In this document: positions 48,197 through 60,583 of the stretch, piece by piece | Numbering within the stretch: position 1 is the first letter of the stretch | How the letters are laid out: every line of letters starts with the position of its first letter | Translations under genes and position numbers: made by a program | Assembly (NCBI GenBank): GCA_029717555.1 | Contig: JAMDHS010000012.1 | Span: 186,001 to 250,000, forward strand | Direction of reading: 5' to 3' | DNA length: 64,000 nt | Source of the DNA: Peribolospora baueri | Lineage: Eukaryota | The notes under the pieces: generated by a model | Seen by the model: only the letters and a program-made list of their open reading frames with translations | What the model was told of the DNA's origin: nothing | Database searches by the model: none

Positions 48197-51100
48197 TTAT
48201 GCCAACTCCAAGTCCTGTTTCGAGAGAAGCGGGACGAAGAGAGAAACAAAGAGCCGGGTCAGCAAGGTCAAAGGATCGTCGAAGCCCATTCGTTAGTCCA
48301 GAAGATTCTCCTGGATCTGGACATCGCCAACTCACCTTCTCGATCATTCTCCTTGCAATCGGGTGATAAAAGTCGGCGTTCTCCTTGAAGGTCCTCCTGG
48401 CGAGCTCCTTATCGACCTTGAAGAGTTCTCGGTAGACGGCGCGGCAGTATTTCATCCTGCCCTTGTCCTTCACCCACTCCGCCGCTCCCGCTTTCACCTC
48501 TTGAGCGGCCTTAGAGGCTTCTCCGCCAAACAGCGACACCTCAAACCAACGGAGGCGGATCTCGTCGTTCGTGCTCTCGCCCAGCTCGTACACCTTTCCA
48601 AGGTGGAGTACCACCTCATCAGGCAGTTTCGGGAGGCTGTGAACGCGCTCAAGGAAAAGGATGACCTGGTTCGCAGTAAATTCCTTCAAGTCCTCCTTGG
48701 AAAAGCCCGCCTTCTCTACCTCTCCGGGTCCGGCGTTCCGGAGCGCATCCCACCGCTCGGCGAGGCTCCAGGCCGCGCGTGCGAGCGTGTCGTCGTACTC
48801 CATCTTGACAGGCAGCTCGGTGCCCTCTCCGTAGAGCCAAGCATTCCAATCGACGTCTTTACACAGACGCTCAGTAATGTCGGGGCACTGCGCGTAAAAG
48901 TCAAAGAGGTGTTGCTTGAACTCCTCCGTGGAGATTGCGCGGCGATGGAAAGTGATGAGGTAGCTCTTCACAAACGGCAGGAAGATCTCCAGACCGCCGA
49001 CGGTGCGCTCGAGATGAAGGAGAAAGTTGGAGCCTTTCTCGTACGGAACGGAACTGAATGCATCGTCCGGGTCCTCTCCCTTCTCGTAGTCGATCACGAG
49101 TCGCTGGAAGCGAGGTTGCTTCTTCTCGAAATGTCGTAGTGTGTCCTGCAACGCGTTTCGGCCGATCAGGTACGCGAAGCCACGCTCGGCAGGACCGTGC
49201 AGTTTCTGCAGGATCAGGCGTTCAAGATACACCTGCAGGGAGAAAATGCGAGAGAAAGGAAAATTGCTGAGTCGTTCGGCTTCGAGCGAGCTCAGAGAAG
49301 TGTCGCATGATCATCGAATGAATACTCACACACCAGCCCTCGTTAAGCCAGAAATGGACCCAGTCACGCGTACCAGTGCCGTTGCCCATCCAGCTGTGAG
49401 CGAGCTCATGCGCCACCACGTCCGTCAGGCTCCGGTCGCCGGCGAGCAACGTCGGAGTAAGAGTCGTCAAGTTGGCGTCTGAGAAGAGTATGCCGGATAA
49501 TGAGCTGTCAGCAGGTGATGGAAAATCTTGAAGAGCGAGAAACGGAGCTCACTTTCCATGCCTCCGTAGGGGAAGCTCGGCGGCAACACAAGCACATCGT
49601 ACTTGCCCCACTCGTAAGGAGTAACGATTGACTCGGCGGCGTCCAGAAAACTTTGGGTATGGATCAGGCAGAACAGGAAAGAGAGAAGGGAAACGGTGAA
49701 ACCAACCCTGTCTCAGCGTTCGCTCTCTTCACAATGATGGGCCAGCCAGACCACACCATAATTCACCGTTCTGCGTCCTCCACAAACTCCCACCAAGACT
49801 TCTCGAGCATGGGCTTTTCGGCCCACACGCCGGTACGACGACCCATGGACTTATAGGTCACGTCGCCAGCCGCGATGGCGATGAGGTACGATGGAATTGG
49901 GACGGGCTGATGGGCGGGCGGAATCATCATTCGTGAGCTGGAACATGCCCTGGATTGACCGTCCTACACATCCAACGATGAGAGGATGACACGCACCTGC
50001 TCAAACACGTATTCCACATCTTCTTTGCCGAGCTTCTCCTCAGGAAGCACTTCGTTCGGAGGAGGAGACTGGCGAAGTGCCGAAAGAAGGACCGGAAGGG
50101 TGGACTTGACCTTGGCGGTGTAGGTCTATGGAGACAAGGGGAAAATAATGAATAAAATGAAATAAAAAGAGGACGGGGTGTGCATGGTCAGAGAACGGAA
50201 TTGGCCAGAATGATATCATGTCGTAGTTCGCCGCTATTGCTTGCCACATACCAGCTTGATGCCTGGCGAGTCTTGGCAGGGCAAAAGCGAGCGGGCGTGG
50301 ATGGCCTGGCATTGAGAGTAGAGGAAAGGATGCTTCCCCCCGGCAGTCTGTCTGCCACGGGTTAAGGTAGAGTATCAAGGCCGTCAAGACCAAACCGTCC
50401 ATGTTCAGAGGAGAGAATTGCGCTTGCAGAGGGAGATAACACTCCGGTTCAATGAAGAACTCACTCGTTCTCGAGCCAGCCAATAGCGGTGCATTCACTG
50501 GTCGTCGCATACTCGATCTTCACTTTTATCTGAGAGCCCTTGGGCAGCTCGTCCGGGAAGGGCACGCGCAGGGCGTTGCCCATGACGGGGTGGCGGTCTG
50601 AGAGGTCATACTGAGAGAAGTACGAGAAGAAAAGACGAGAGGCCGGGGCAGGATGGTGAGATGAGCACATAAGAAAGGGTCAGCACACGGTGCGACACCA
50701 CGAGCAGAAGGCGGATGACGTGGACAAGAACGCACCAGAGCCTTCGTCCCCTGGATCTGGACCTCCTTGATGTCCAAAAAGCTCGCATCGAACACGACCT
50801 CTTTCGCACCGTTCTCAGCGACGACCTCGAGCGTATGCTCGGCGCTACCTTCGATGACACGCTTCTGCCAGTCTACATGCCAGTCGAGATGGAGGTGCCG
50901 GGTCTGGACCTCGGAGAGGTTCGCCTGGGACGCTGGATCCGAAAGGGGCGGCGAGGGCGGAGCTGGAACGGTTCCGGGTGCTGGGAGATTGAAGGTAGTC
51001 ATGGTACGCGATATGGGCAAGCGGTGGGAAGCGACAGAGGATGGAAGAGGACGGCGACTGGCGCGGGCAAGAGAAGACGGGAGGGGAAGGAGCGACCGAG

Positions 51101-51212
51101 AGTAAGGCGGCAGGAACGAGACCGGGGTGCGAGCGGTGAAAGAGCCAAGGCCAAGGCTGCGCGAAGAGAGCCTGATGTGCGAGCTTGCGAGTCTCGCTGA
51201 TGGCAGTAGCAT
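48197..51212 (-). CDS. LAP2: leukotriene A4 hydrolase / M1 leucine aminopeptidase, multi-exon
   Basis: [44 protein letters not shown] (49396-49410), WLNEGW, PYEKG, GRMKY, FYHPI. Last exon DLELA* (48197-48214). In-frame ATGs at 51212 and 51002. Confidence 0.95.
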
Positions 51213-51829
51213 CGACGCTGTCGTCGCCTCCGGATGAACCGCCGATGATCGAGGCACGCAAACGACACGTCGGCGTGCCTGACCGTCCTGCCCTTCGCCG
51301 TGTCTTCGCGTGCTCTACACCTCGCTCGCCGTCGACGTTGACCGCAACACATATACAGTGGCGCAATTCAGTCGTACTATCTCGTCTGAAGACAAGCTCT
51401 GCCATCCAAGCGGCCGGGCGGCAGTATTTACTGAGCGGGCTTCCAAGCCGCAATGTCCAGCTTCTCAACGCACACACTTTCAGCGGCACAGCGTCCCTGC
51501 TCTTCAAAGGCTGTCCGCAAAGCGTACCCATTCCTCAGGACCAATCAGATAAAACGAAGGTACCGTGTGCGATGGCGCCAAGGAGAGAGACGTGTACGCC
51601 GACGAGGTCGTGCGTGGGCAGTTCGCGAGAAGTCGCTGGCACCACGTGACAGTGTGGCGCGGGCGGGCCGCCGGCTCAAAGCGCACCACTGGTGGACTCA
51701 TGCCTCGTGCACCGCTCGAACGGCTCGAACGTTTTCGGGCACCGAGTAAAATACACTCGAGTAAAACACAAATACCCCTAGGCACCCAGCTCGGGAGAAT
51801 ACATTCCTCCTCAGAACACTGCCATCAAC

Positions 51830-53396
51830 ATGGTCTCCGCCGCGCTCCCTCACAGTCCCTCTCACACCGTCTTCCGAGATGACATCTTCGTCGGAAAGGT
51901 CGCGTTTGTAACCGGCGGAGGTGTGTTCGGTGTCCCACGCCTCTCTCCTTCGATCTCTCGTCCTGATGCCGTCCTTCCCATGCTCAATTCGCCTTGTTCT
52001 CCGTCTTGCCTCTCCTCCTCTTGCCACGCTTTTCCGATCGATCATCGTCGCACTCGCACCCAGGCTCCGGCATCTGCAACCGCATGACGGCAGCGCTGAT
52101 GCGACACGGCGCCTCGTCCGTCATCCTGGGACGCAAGTTTGACAGGCTCCAGGAGGCCGCCAAGGCGCTCAAGGAGGAGACGGGGAAGGATTGTCTTCCG
52201 ATCCGGTGTGACGTTCGGAATCCGGAGGATTTGGTCAAGGCTGCTCAAGAGGTGAGTGGGACGCGACGTCCTGATGCCGATGGTTGCCGTGGACTGCGCC
52301 CCGTCCATGGGGATACTGAAGCATTTGGACGTTTCGAGAGTTGCTGTGCTCAGGTTAGACTGATCTCTTCCGCACCGCGCTTTTGCATTAGGCGGTGGCA
52401 AGGTTCGGCAGGCTTGACTTTGTGATCTGCGGTGCCGCCGGTAATTTCCTCGCGCCGGTAAGCTAACCTCCCTCGGATAACTCTGGGACGGCCAAGGCCA
52501 GGACAGTCATAGGCATCCCGTTCTGAACAATGCGGCATTTGCTGTCTGGATGAACGCACCTACGAACACAGATTGAAGGTCTTTCCACGAACGCCTTCAA
52601 GACAGTCATCGAGATCGACGTTCTCGGAACGTACAACACTGTCAAGGCTACACTGCCCTACGTCAAGAAGACGCAAGGCTCTTACATTCATGTCTCTGCC
52701 ACACTTCATTACTACGGTGAGGGGAGCAGGCAAAATCAGTCGAGCGGCGTTTGAGCCGATCACCTGACCGTCCACCTTCATCGAATGCCCTCCAAAGGCT
52801 CGCCCTACCAGGTCCACGTCTCGGCAGCGAAGGCTGCCATCGACGCTCTCAACAAGGCGCTCGCCGTCGAGATGGGGCCCTCCGGCGTGCGCACCAACGT
52901 CATTGCCCCCGGACCCATTGCCGGTACCGAGGGCATGGATCGCCTGCTCCCGAAGAATATCAAAGAGGAGATAAACAGGAAAATCCCTTTGCAGAAGATG
53001 GGAGAGAAGGTGGGTCTCCCAGTCGAACCGTGTTGATGATGGCATTGAGCATGTGCCTGAAGGCTGAGTCTTCATCTTGCACATACCATGGCGTGTCCCC
53101 AACCTCGTCATTTTTTATTGGACCGTACGACCAGGGCGACGTTGCCAACGCCGCCGTGTTCCTTTTCTCTCCCGCCGCGAGCTGGATCACTGGCGCGATT
53201 CTGGTAAGCAAGGGCTATCCGGCTTGACACTTGCCGTGTTCTTTCAACTGGTTCCTGATCGCTCCATGAAACCGCATCGGACACACAGGTCGTCGACGGC
53301 GGAGACGCTCTTCTCAAGGGCTCCTTACTTCCGTACCCTGAGAGTGTCCTGAATCCCCCGAGCGTCGCCCAGCTGATCGTGGGCAGCAAGCTCTAG
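51830..53396 (+). CDS. SPS19: peroxisomal 2,4-dienoyl-CoA reductase (SDR), multi-exon
   Basis: FRDDIFVGKVAFVTGG|GSGI, CDVR, ICGAAGNFLAP, NAFKTVIEIDVLGTYN, HVSAAKAAIDAL, IAPGPIAGTEG, AASWITG. C-terminal PTS1 SKL before TAG 53394-53396. Confidence 0.93.
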
Positions 53397-53660
53397 TCAG
53401 ACACAGTCGCTAACGGCAAGCTGTCGATCTGATCTTGCATGAACCCTTGCTGAAATCTCCTCGCCCCGAGGTAAACGGTTGTATATACAAGGAGTATATT
53501 CTCCCCTTCGGTCGGTCGGTCGTGGGTCCTATCTACAAAAACACAGGCGAGGAGGGAGGGTACTAGGAGGATGGTAACTATGTTTACTGGGCGCTGCCGA
53601 CTGACAAAATGCTTTCCAGGCGCGGACTGGAATGGAGTGCACGCTTTGAACAACTTTGGT

Positions 53661-55828
53661 TCACTTGCCGGTCTCGTCCTTGATCTGCCGAGCATCCCAA
53701 AACGAGAAGCGTCAGGTCCGACTACCAACGACACAGTCGGCCTGATTTCTCTCAGACGCAACTCACCTCCGTGCTCGAAAAGCTGAGAATACCCGCCTCG
53801 TCCAATAGCTGGACCTTCTGCTCGGCCTCGTCCACGGACATCTTCCCAAGCACCTTGTTCACTTCCTCCAGCTCCTTGGTTTCCAACGCCTTGCGGAAGT
53901 CTTCGGGGAAGCTCTGGAAGATGTCCCAGCGCTTCTGAAGGAACGCGCGGACTTGCTCCACGTCCATGTTCTCCGCTCCCTCTCCCTCCAGTTGGATCTC
54001 CTCGGGCGGAGGACCGTCGGGGACCTCGAATGAGATCACCGTCGAAGGATCCTCAGCCACCAGCTGGATCTGCTCCGCCCCGGCTCCCGAGCCGGCCTCG
54101 CCTTGCTCAGCGGCGAGGACCTTTGACCGCTCGACGATGCGCTGATAAGTCTGATTCACGTCTTGGAGGAACACTTGCACAGCCTTTCCGTCACCTGCCG
54201 TCATCCTGTACGATCGAACGTAAAGAAAGAAGTACGGGTCAGCTCCAAGCTCTTGCTCGAGACGGTGATGCATGCTCCAACCCGTGACGAGCAGATATTC
54301 GAGAAAGTCGACCCTACTGACCGCTTGAAGAACAAAGACACGCCATCTTTGCCCAATTTCCTGCAATACTGCACCAGAAGCCCCTTCTCCACGCATCCTC
54401 TCGCGAGCTTCTCGTCCCCTCTCATCTGCGCGTTGAACGCTTCTAAAAGGAGAGCGTCCGTGGAGTCTTCGGTAAGGATGCCCTTATGGTCTGCGATGAA
54501 TTTGAGAGCGGGGGTAAAGCTGTCTGGGTCGTTGGGCTTGAAGAAGGGAAGGTGGGCAAAGTCGAGCATGGCTGATGACGCTACCGGGAGTTCGTCATCC
54601 GACTCTTCACCGCTGTCGGCTGACTGTTTCGGCTTTGAAGAACCGTATTGGCATCGAGGCGAACGTGGAGAGGTTTGGCAATCGGGTCAGGAGCGTTGCA
54701 GCAGACGTCCAGGAAACTCCTCAACTACGCAACAAGGACAGGTTGAACTCACCTGTGCACTCGCCCCAGGGTTGAGAGTTTCGATGGAAGTCTCCGTCGT
54801 CTTGGTCTTGCCCTTCACCTTCTTTTTCTCCACCGGCTCCGGCTCCGATTCGATCTTGGTGACGTGCTGTGGGGGGTGATTGAGTGCGAGAACATATTCC
54901 TAAGCAGACAATCCAGCAAGCACTGACAAAAGGGGACAAGTCCAGCAAACCCAAGCAGCTCACGCTTGAATCCCAGCCAACCTTAATGTCCTCGCTGGTG
55001 ATGTGCTTCTTCTGCTCCTCCTCCTCCTCTTTCAACTCCTGCTTGATTGCCGCTTGCCGCTCGGCTAGCTTCGCCTCGTGGTCTTTGAGTCTCTTCACGA
55101 GCTCTCCGCCCAACTTGGCGTCCCCGTCTCCCTCCTTGCCCTTTACCTCCTCGCGAACCTGCAACAGCAATGAGAGCACCATCTCGTCATATGTCGGCTG
55201 GCCGGGCGCGTCCGTGGGCTTGTCCCCAGCTGAACTTCCACCAGCAGCTTTCTTGTCCCTGGACGCCTGCATCTGGTCAACGGTTCGCGAGAAGAAGGAA
55301 GGCCCCTCAGAGTCCGTTTTGGCCGTCAGCTCGGACAGCCGGTCAGCCAGGACGTCGTTCATGGCGATCTCCGTCTGGAGGTTTGCAATCTTTTGCTTGC
55401 GCGCCTCGCGCTTCTCGTGGATATCGCGCTGCTTCCACCTGTAGGATGGCCATTCGTCAACCTCGGTTTTGCAGCCGTCCCGTGAATTTTTGAGTCTGGC
55501 TGGTGTGCGGCGGCCGCTCGCAGACCGGCAACCTGGCACTCACCTGATGAAGCTTTTCTTGTCGACATTGGGATGCACTCTAACGGCAAGACAGAGGTGA
55601 AACGCTTCTATTGAGCGCGGAACATTGGATACTCGCACTGCGCCAACGCTCTTCCAGGAGAACTCACTCGACGTCCGAGTCGTCAGACAGCTTGTGAGGG
55701 GAGGAAGAGCGTCAATGCACCACCGGCCGAGATGAATGTCAGCTTGACCTTGCTATGCCAGACGAATGCAGGCGTCTTGTCTAGCTCACCTCGAGGGCGT
55801 CCCACTTGGAGTAGTTGAGCCTGGACAT
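53661..55828 (-). CDS. CDC37: Hsp90 kinase co-chaperone CDC37, multi-exon with micro-exons
   Basis: MSRLNYSKWDALE|LSDDSDVE|VHPNVDKKSFIR|WKQRDIHEKRE, PTYDEMV, LLVQYCRKLGKDGV, EQIQL. Last exon IKDETGK*. Confidence 0.95.
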
Positions 55829-56586
55829 GGCGAAGTAAGGGTGTGACAGTGCTGAGAATACTTTCTTGGGAATCTGGAGACGAACAGGTTGTGCGAATCT
55901 TGGGGGGGTGATCGGACGGCGGCGTTTTCCATCGCGCCGCGCCTCGAACCTTCGATCATCACTACCACCACCAATTTCGGAGCGGGCATCCTTCAACGTA
56001 GTGTCAACGACGCTTCGCCTGCGATGTCCTCCTCCAAACGCCCCCTTAAGCGATTTCGGAGGCGTTCTTCGAAATGCTGGAAGTCGCCATTCGTGCGGTC
56101 GGCCAGAAGGGACGTGGACCAGATCCCCCACGCAAGGTTGCTGTTTTTCCTAATCGGAATCGGGCTTTATTGCTTTCCTAAGGGCTCACTGAAGACTACC
56201 TCTAGACCTGGTTATTACTCACTTTCTCGCTTCTCCCCAGGATATCAGACTCTATTGACACGGATGACACCACGGTACATGCTTCCGACGATTTCAAACC
56301 AGGTAGCCATCCCTGAACCGGTGCGACTGATGACATTCTCGAGGCTCTGATATGTTTTTATCGGTGCTGGTTTCCCATTTTTCTTGAAGGCTACAGAAGT
56401 CAAGGACGAAAGCGCAGGGATCGCTCCACGTTTCCTTCACTCACACCCGCCTCGGTCGGCAAAGCCCAGCTGGCGTCCAGCAGCGGGCTACTATCGCGGC
56501 GTCGTGTAGGTGGCAGCAATTTTGCGATTAACGAGCTAATTAGCAATTTGCACGACTCCACAGGTTTGGCCCCGGGGAAGATCAGA

Positions 56587-57968
56587 ATGACAATTCGGAG
56601 ATACAGCCATGGCAAGGGCAAGTCGACGTGGAGCACCGACACGTGCGACGAGACCGCCACGTTCATGGATGACGAGGCGGAGGAAGAAATGCGCATACAG
56701 GCTTCTGACTTGGATGAGCTGAGTGGATATCCGAGTGGGAGCATGGACTCGGCTCTGCTTGTTCCGAGCCGGCGCATACATCCTCAAAGTGAAGGTTATG
56801 AGCTCCGAACCATGCCAAAGGTTGCTAGAGTGAGTCTTCCCGACACGCTCAAGGAACGGAAACGCTTTAATTCATGATGACGATCACCATCTCAACTCCT
56901 TCAGAAGAGGAGCCCTCCACCAGCCTGGCTGGCGTCGATTCTATCCTCTGCCACTGCGAGCGACTGGACGAAGTCGAAATCGTCCCATCATAATCATCTA
57001 AGCGAGGTTGGCAGGACGAGCGTCAGAAGTACTCGTGATAGGTTAGACGAAGACATCGACGGGGTCTTCGCATATAGCGTCCCTCCAACTTCAACTACAG
57101 CCGATCCCATTTCGGCTGTTGTCGGCCAACTGTCTGCAGACGTCTTAAGCGGTATCTACGCTCCTCTCGCCATCCCTTTCGGGATGGAACGGCCCAACTT
57201 CCGCCCGGACGTCTTCGCGGTCGATGGAGATGTTACGACGTTCTCTTCGCCTCCTTCCGAGACTAGTGGGAGACTTTCCCGGCTGATGTCAAGCGACCTC
57301 TTCGCGAGTCGTCCCGACATATGGACCTTTCCAACTGCACATTTGGAGATTTGGCCGTCGTCAGCCGCCCGGTCGGACGGGGGTCAGATGGAGAGCGTTG
57401 TCGGAGACGCATGCGATTTTGGGGGTCTCGGGTCTTCCATTTACCAGACGAGCGCGGACTGCCGCGAGACGTGGGAGGCCGACTTTTGGAAGACGTCGAG
57501 ACAAGTGCCTAGAAAGCATCAACTTATCTTCGAGGTACATGACCTTTCATTGGGCTCACTCTTAACCTTTTGGAAAAATGGATCTACTGAAAGATCTCGT
57601 TCGAGTTGCTGCGCCGATCATCGCAGACGTTCCCTCGCACCAACATCTACGACGGTCAACTCCAATATCCGTTGGAAGACATCGGCGCCGCTCCGACGCG
57701 CGAGACGAGCCCTAGCGAGCAGTTCAGATGGAAGGATAAACACGACTTGTCAGAGGCATGGAAGAGCGCGCTCGAAAATAAGACCTTGGCAGGTTCCGAT
57801 GCAACTGGGGAAATGTCGACTGCACTGGGCTTCGCTAATGGGTTTTTCAACTTCCCGAGCACTCCGAAGAAGCACACGGACGCCAACGTCGGCGCTGACT
57901 TGGACTTTGTCATCTGGGACGACGAATGGGCTAACGCGGGAGACGAGTCGGCGCGCTGGCCAAGCTAA
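56587..57968 (+). CDS. hypothetical protein (probably 3 exons)
   Basis: The ORF from ATG 56587 joins through intron 56830-56904 (GTGAGT..CAG) to a long open exon. A probable second intron (about 57535-57626) leads to TFPRTNIYDGQLQYPL...DFVIWDDEW. No family recognised; the 5' end is uncertain. Confidence 0.45.
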
Positions 57969-58079
57969 GCGTGTAACCGGAATGTACGATGCGACGCATC
58001 GAGGATTTTGTCATGCCTACTAGCACCAACTCCGTATCGTACACGGGCATCAATGACGTCTCCGCAATTCGAGTCGTAC

Positions 58080-60075
58080 TTAAATGACATTCTTGTCCAT
58101 CGCCACACGAGCATCCGCGCCCAAACTGCCCGGTAAGACTGCCCTCGCAGCCTCTCCATACCTAATCTCCTGTCCGAGGCCCTGTTCGTCGACGCCGGCC
58201 AGCGCATTCGGCAACGGCTGGCTTGGGAGGTCCTCGTCCTCGTCCTCGTCCTCGTCCGCATGAATCGGTTGTCCTCGTATCGCCCCACTCGGCGTCTTCC
58301 CGTCCGCCTCTGCCGCCGTCCCTTTCTTATCCGGTGCGGCGAGCCAAGCGCCGAGCTCGTCGTCCTTCCTCCTGCTGGCCTCGATCTTCTTCCTCCTCTT
58401 CTCCGCATTACGCGTCTCCTCTTCATACCGCCTCTTGCGCCACAGTCGACTACCCGGCACCTTCTCCGGGTTTCGACATTGGCGTAGTCGTTTATCGATC
58501 GCCTTCACCATTTCCATGTTCGCCTGTGCGCGGCTAGCCGGAGGCGCGGTCGGCGTCGCGGTCCCAGAGGAAGGCGTGGACGTCCGTGGCGTCGGTGCGT
58601 ACGTGTCTCGCGCAACCGTGATGAGCGCCTCTATGTCGTCCATAACCCGATGTAACTCCGCCTTCTCGAGTCCCAGAGGCGGACCAGCAGGTTGGGCGCT
58701 CGCGTCCGCGTCCGAAGCTGGCGGTGGCGGCTTCGTGACGCCTCGGCGAGTCGTGTTGCGTGCGGCCGCCTGGGCCGCCGCTCGTGTGGCAGCCTCCTTG
58801 ACTCTTTCTCGCTCTTTGTCCTGCGCTTTGCTGCCGAGGCCCGCTTTATGGTCGAGCCATCGATCGATAACGTCCCTTCCGCTGAGCGTTTCTCCGGTAG
58901 CATTCGGAACTTGGGCCATTCGCCAGCACGTGAGGGCGATCTGGGGCGGTGTGAAAATGAGCTCCGCGTCCGTCAGTCGGGAGAGGGAGACGTTTCTGCG
59001 AGCGGAGGTGTACAGAGAGTGGAGCTGAGTGATGGATACGGGTGGCTCAATGGTCTGAGGCCCCCCAAAAAATGAGAGGTCCATGAGCGTCTGACTGGGG
59101 CATCGGTCTACCAAAGATGGCCGCTTGCCAAGTCCAGTTGTGGCCGTCGTCTCCATCGCATAAAACGGTCTTCAAAGCGTCCGCGCTCACCTGCGAGTCG
59201 AGCCAGATGCCGTGCGCGGCTCGATGGGCGCTGTGCGTCTGAAAGTCGAATCGAAGGCTCTGTCCTACGAGAAACTCCATGTCAAGGATCTCAGACTCGG
59301 TGACAGGGTTGCCAAGTGACTGGACGAACCGCTGGACGGGGACGAGACAGTCTGTCGTCTTTGCGGCCAGGAAGAGGCAAGTGAGCCTGGATAAATGGAT
59401 GAGAAGGGAGGGAGAGTGTACGGATGAGACGACTCTGTTCATGGTCGAGACAGCGACGCGCGTCCGGGAAGACTCACATGGCCACCTTGGGGTGCCAATC
59501 CATACACGTATTCTTCAAATAAAATCTCTTGATGTACGTCATCGCCGTCGCCTCGACGAGCTCTGGCAGCTGCAGTCGCTTGCAGAGGCTGTTGACCTTG
59601 GTGAGGTAGAACGTCACGAGGGCCTGTTCTTCGCCCGGAGAGAGGTAGTCTGTCGGCGCAGGCGGATGAGGCGGGGCGGAGGACTGTGGTTTGCCGGACG
59701 CGGAACCTTCATCGGGGGGGCCTTGAGAGCCCAGCTCGAAGGGGGGTGGTGAGGGGGTCTGTGACAAAAGGGATGTGGATACATACACGCCACGAACGGA
59801 CGACGTCGGTCTCCCGCAAGACCCTCACCCACCTCCATCGAGCAAGACGAGAGGAGACGCACCCTCAACTCTTCCTCCCACCCTCTCTTGATCGCCTCGA
59901 TGGCCTTGGAATTGAGTCCCTTCCTAAGATCCTCCAGCCCGCTTGGGGTGAACCGCCATCGCAAGTATTGAGAGGACGTCTCGTAAAGAGGTTTTCGGGG
60001 AGCGATGGGTGGAGAGGCGAGGCTCGGTGGATGTTGGGGTGCGGGTGAAAGGGAGGGAGAAGCAGACGGGGCCAT
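58080..60075 (-). CDS. CCL1: cyclin H (CDK7/TFIIH-CAK cyclin, Ccl1/Mcs2 family)
   Basis: LYETSSQYLRWRFT, YLSPGEEQALV, VEATAMTYIKRFYLKNTCMDWHPK, TCLFLAAKT, EFLVGQSLRFD, LTDAELIFTPPQIAL, IDKRLRQCRNP. Confidence 0.92.
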
Positions 60076-60583
60076 GGCTGTGAGCGATACAGACGGCCAC
60101 GCCCGAGCTTTCCACGCGTCGACGTTTGGAAAGAGCGAAGAAAGCGGAAGGCGCAAGAGATGCGCGAATGGTTGGAGAGCGGACGACGACCTGGTGGTGA
60201 TCGAGATCGGACGGAACGACTTGCGAAGAATGCACGGACCGCGTTTCTTAACCCTACGACACAGCACGTCGGTACAGCGAAGGATGGACGTGATATTTTC
60301 GTTGACATCATTTAAGTATTCACATACTCGCACGAGAACGGGCGAGGGTAGGGCGGGGAGATACGTGGTCTAAGTGAATGAAAGGGAAGCGAGTAGAGAC
60401 GCGGAAGTGACCGGCTAGCAAGGGGAGGGAGGGATGAGTTAGTGACGGAAGTAGAGGACCTATACCCGATTTGCAGGGTCGAACAAAAGATAAGGCGTAA
60501 AGGCCCACAGCGTGGCCGTGACAGCCCGAGAGGTAAAAGAGAGGCTCTGGAAGGAAAGGGGGGGACGACATGAGGTTCGCCCT

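Noticed and set aside
47967..48335. ORF-track C-terminal extension of LTA4H
   Set aside because: It reads through an intron. GTGAG after MIEK splices to a short DLELA* exon ending at 48197.
10512..55828. Cryptic peroxisomal targeting by TGA-CTA stop readthrough
   Set aside because: The TGA stops of BCS1, PARP-E2, TEF3 and CDC37 are not followed by CTA. The only PTS1 I saw is the SKL of SPS19.
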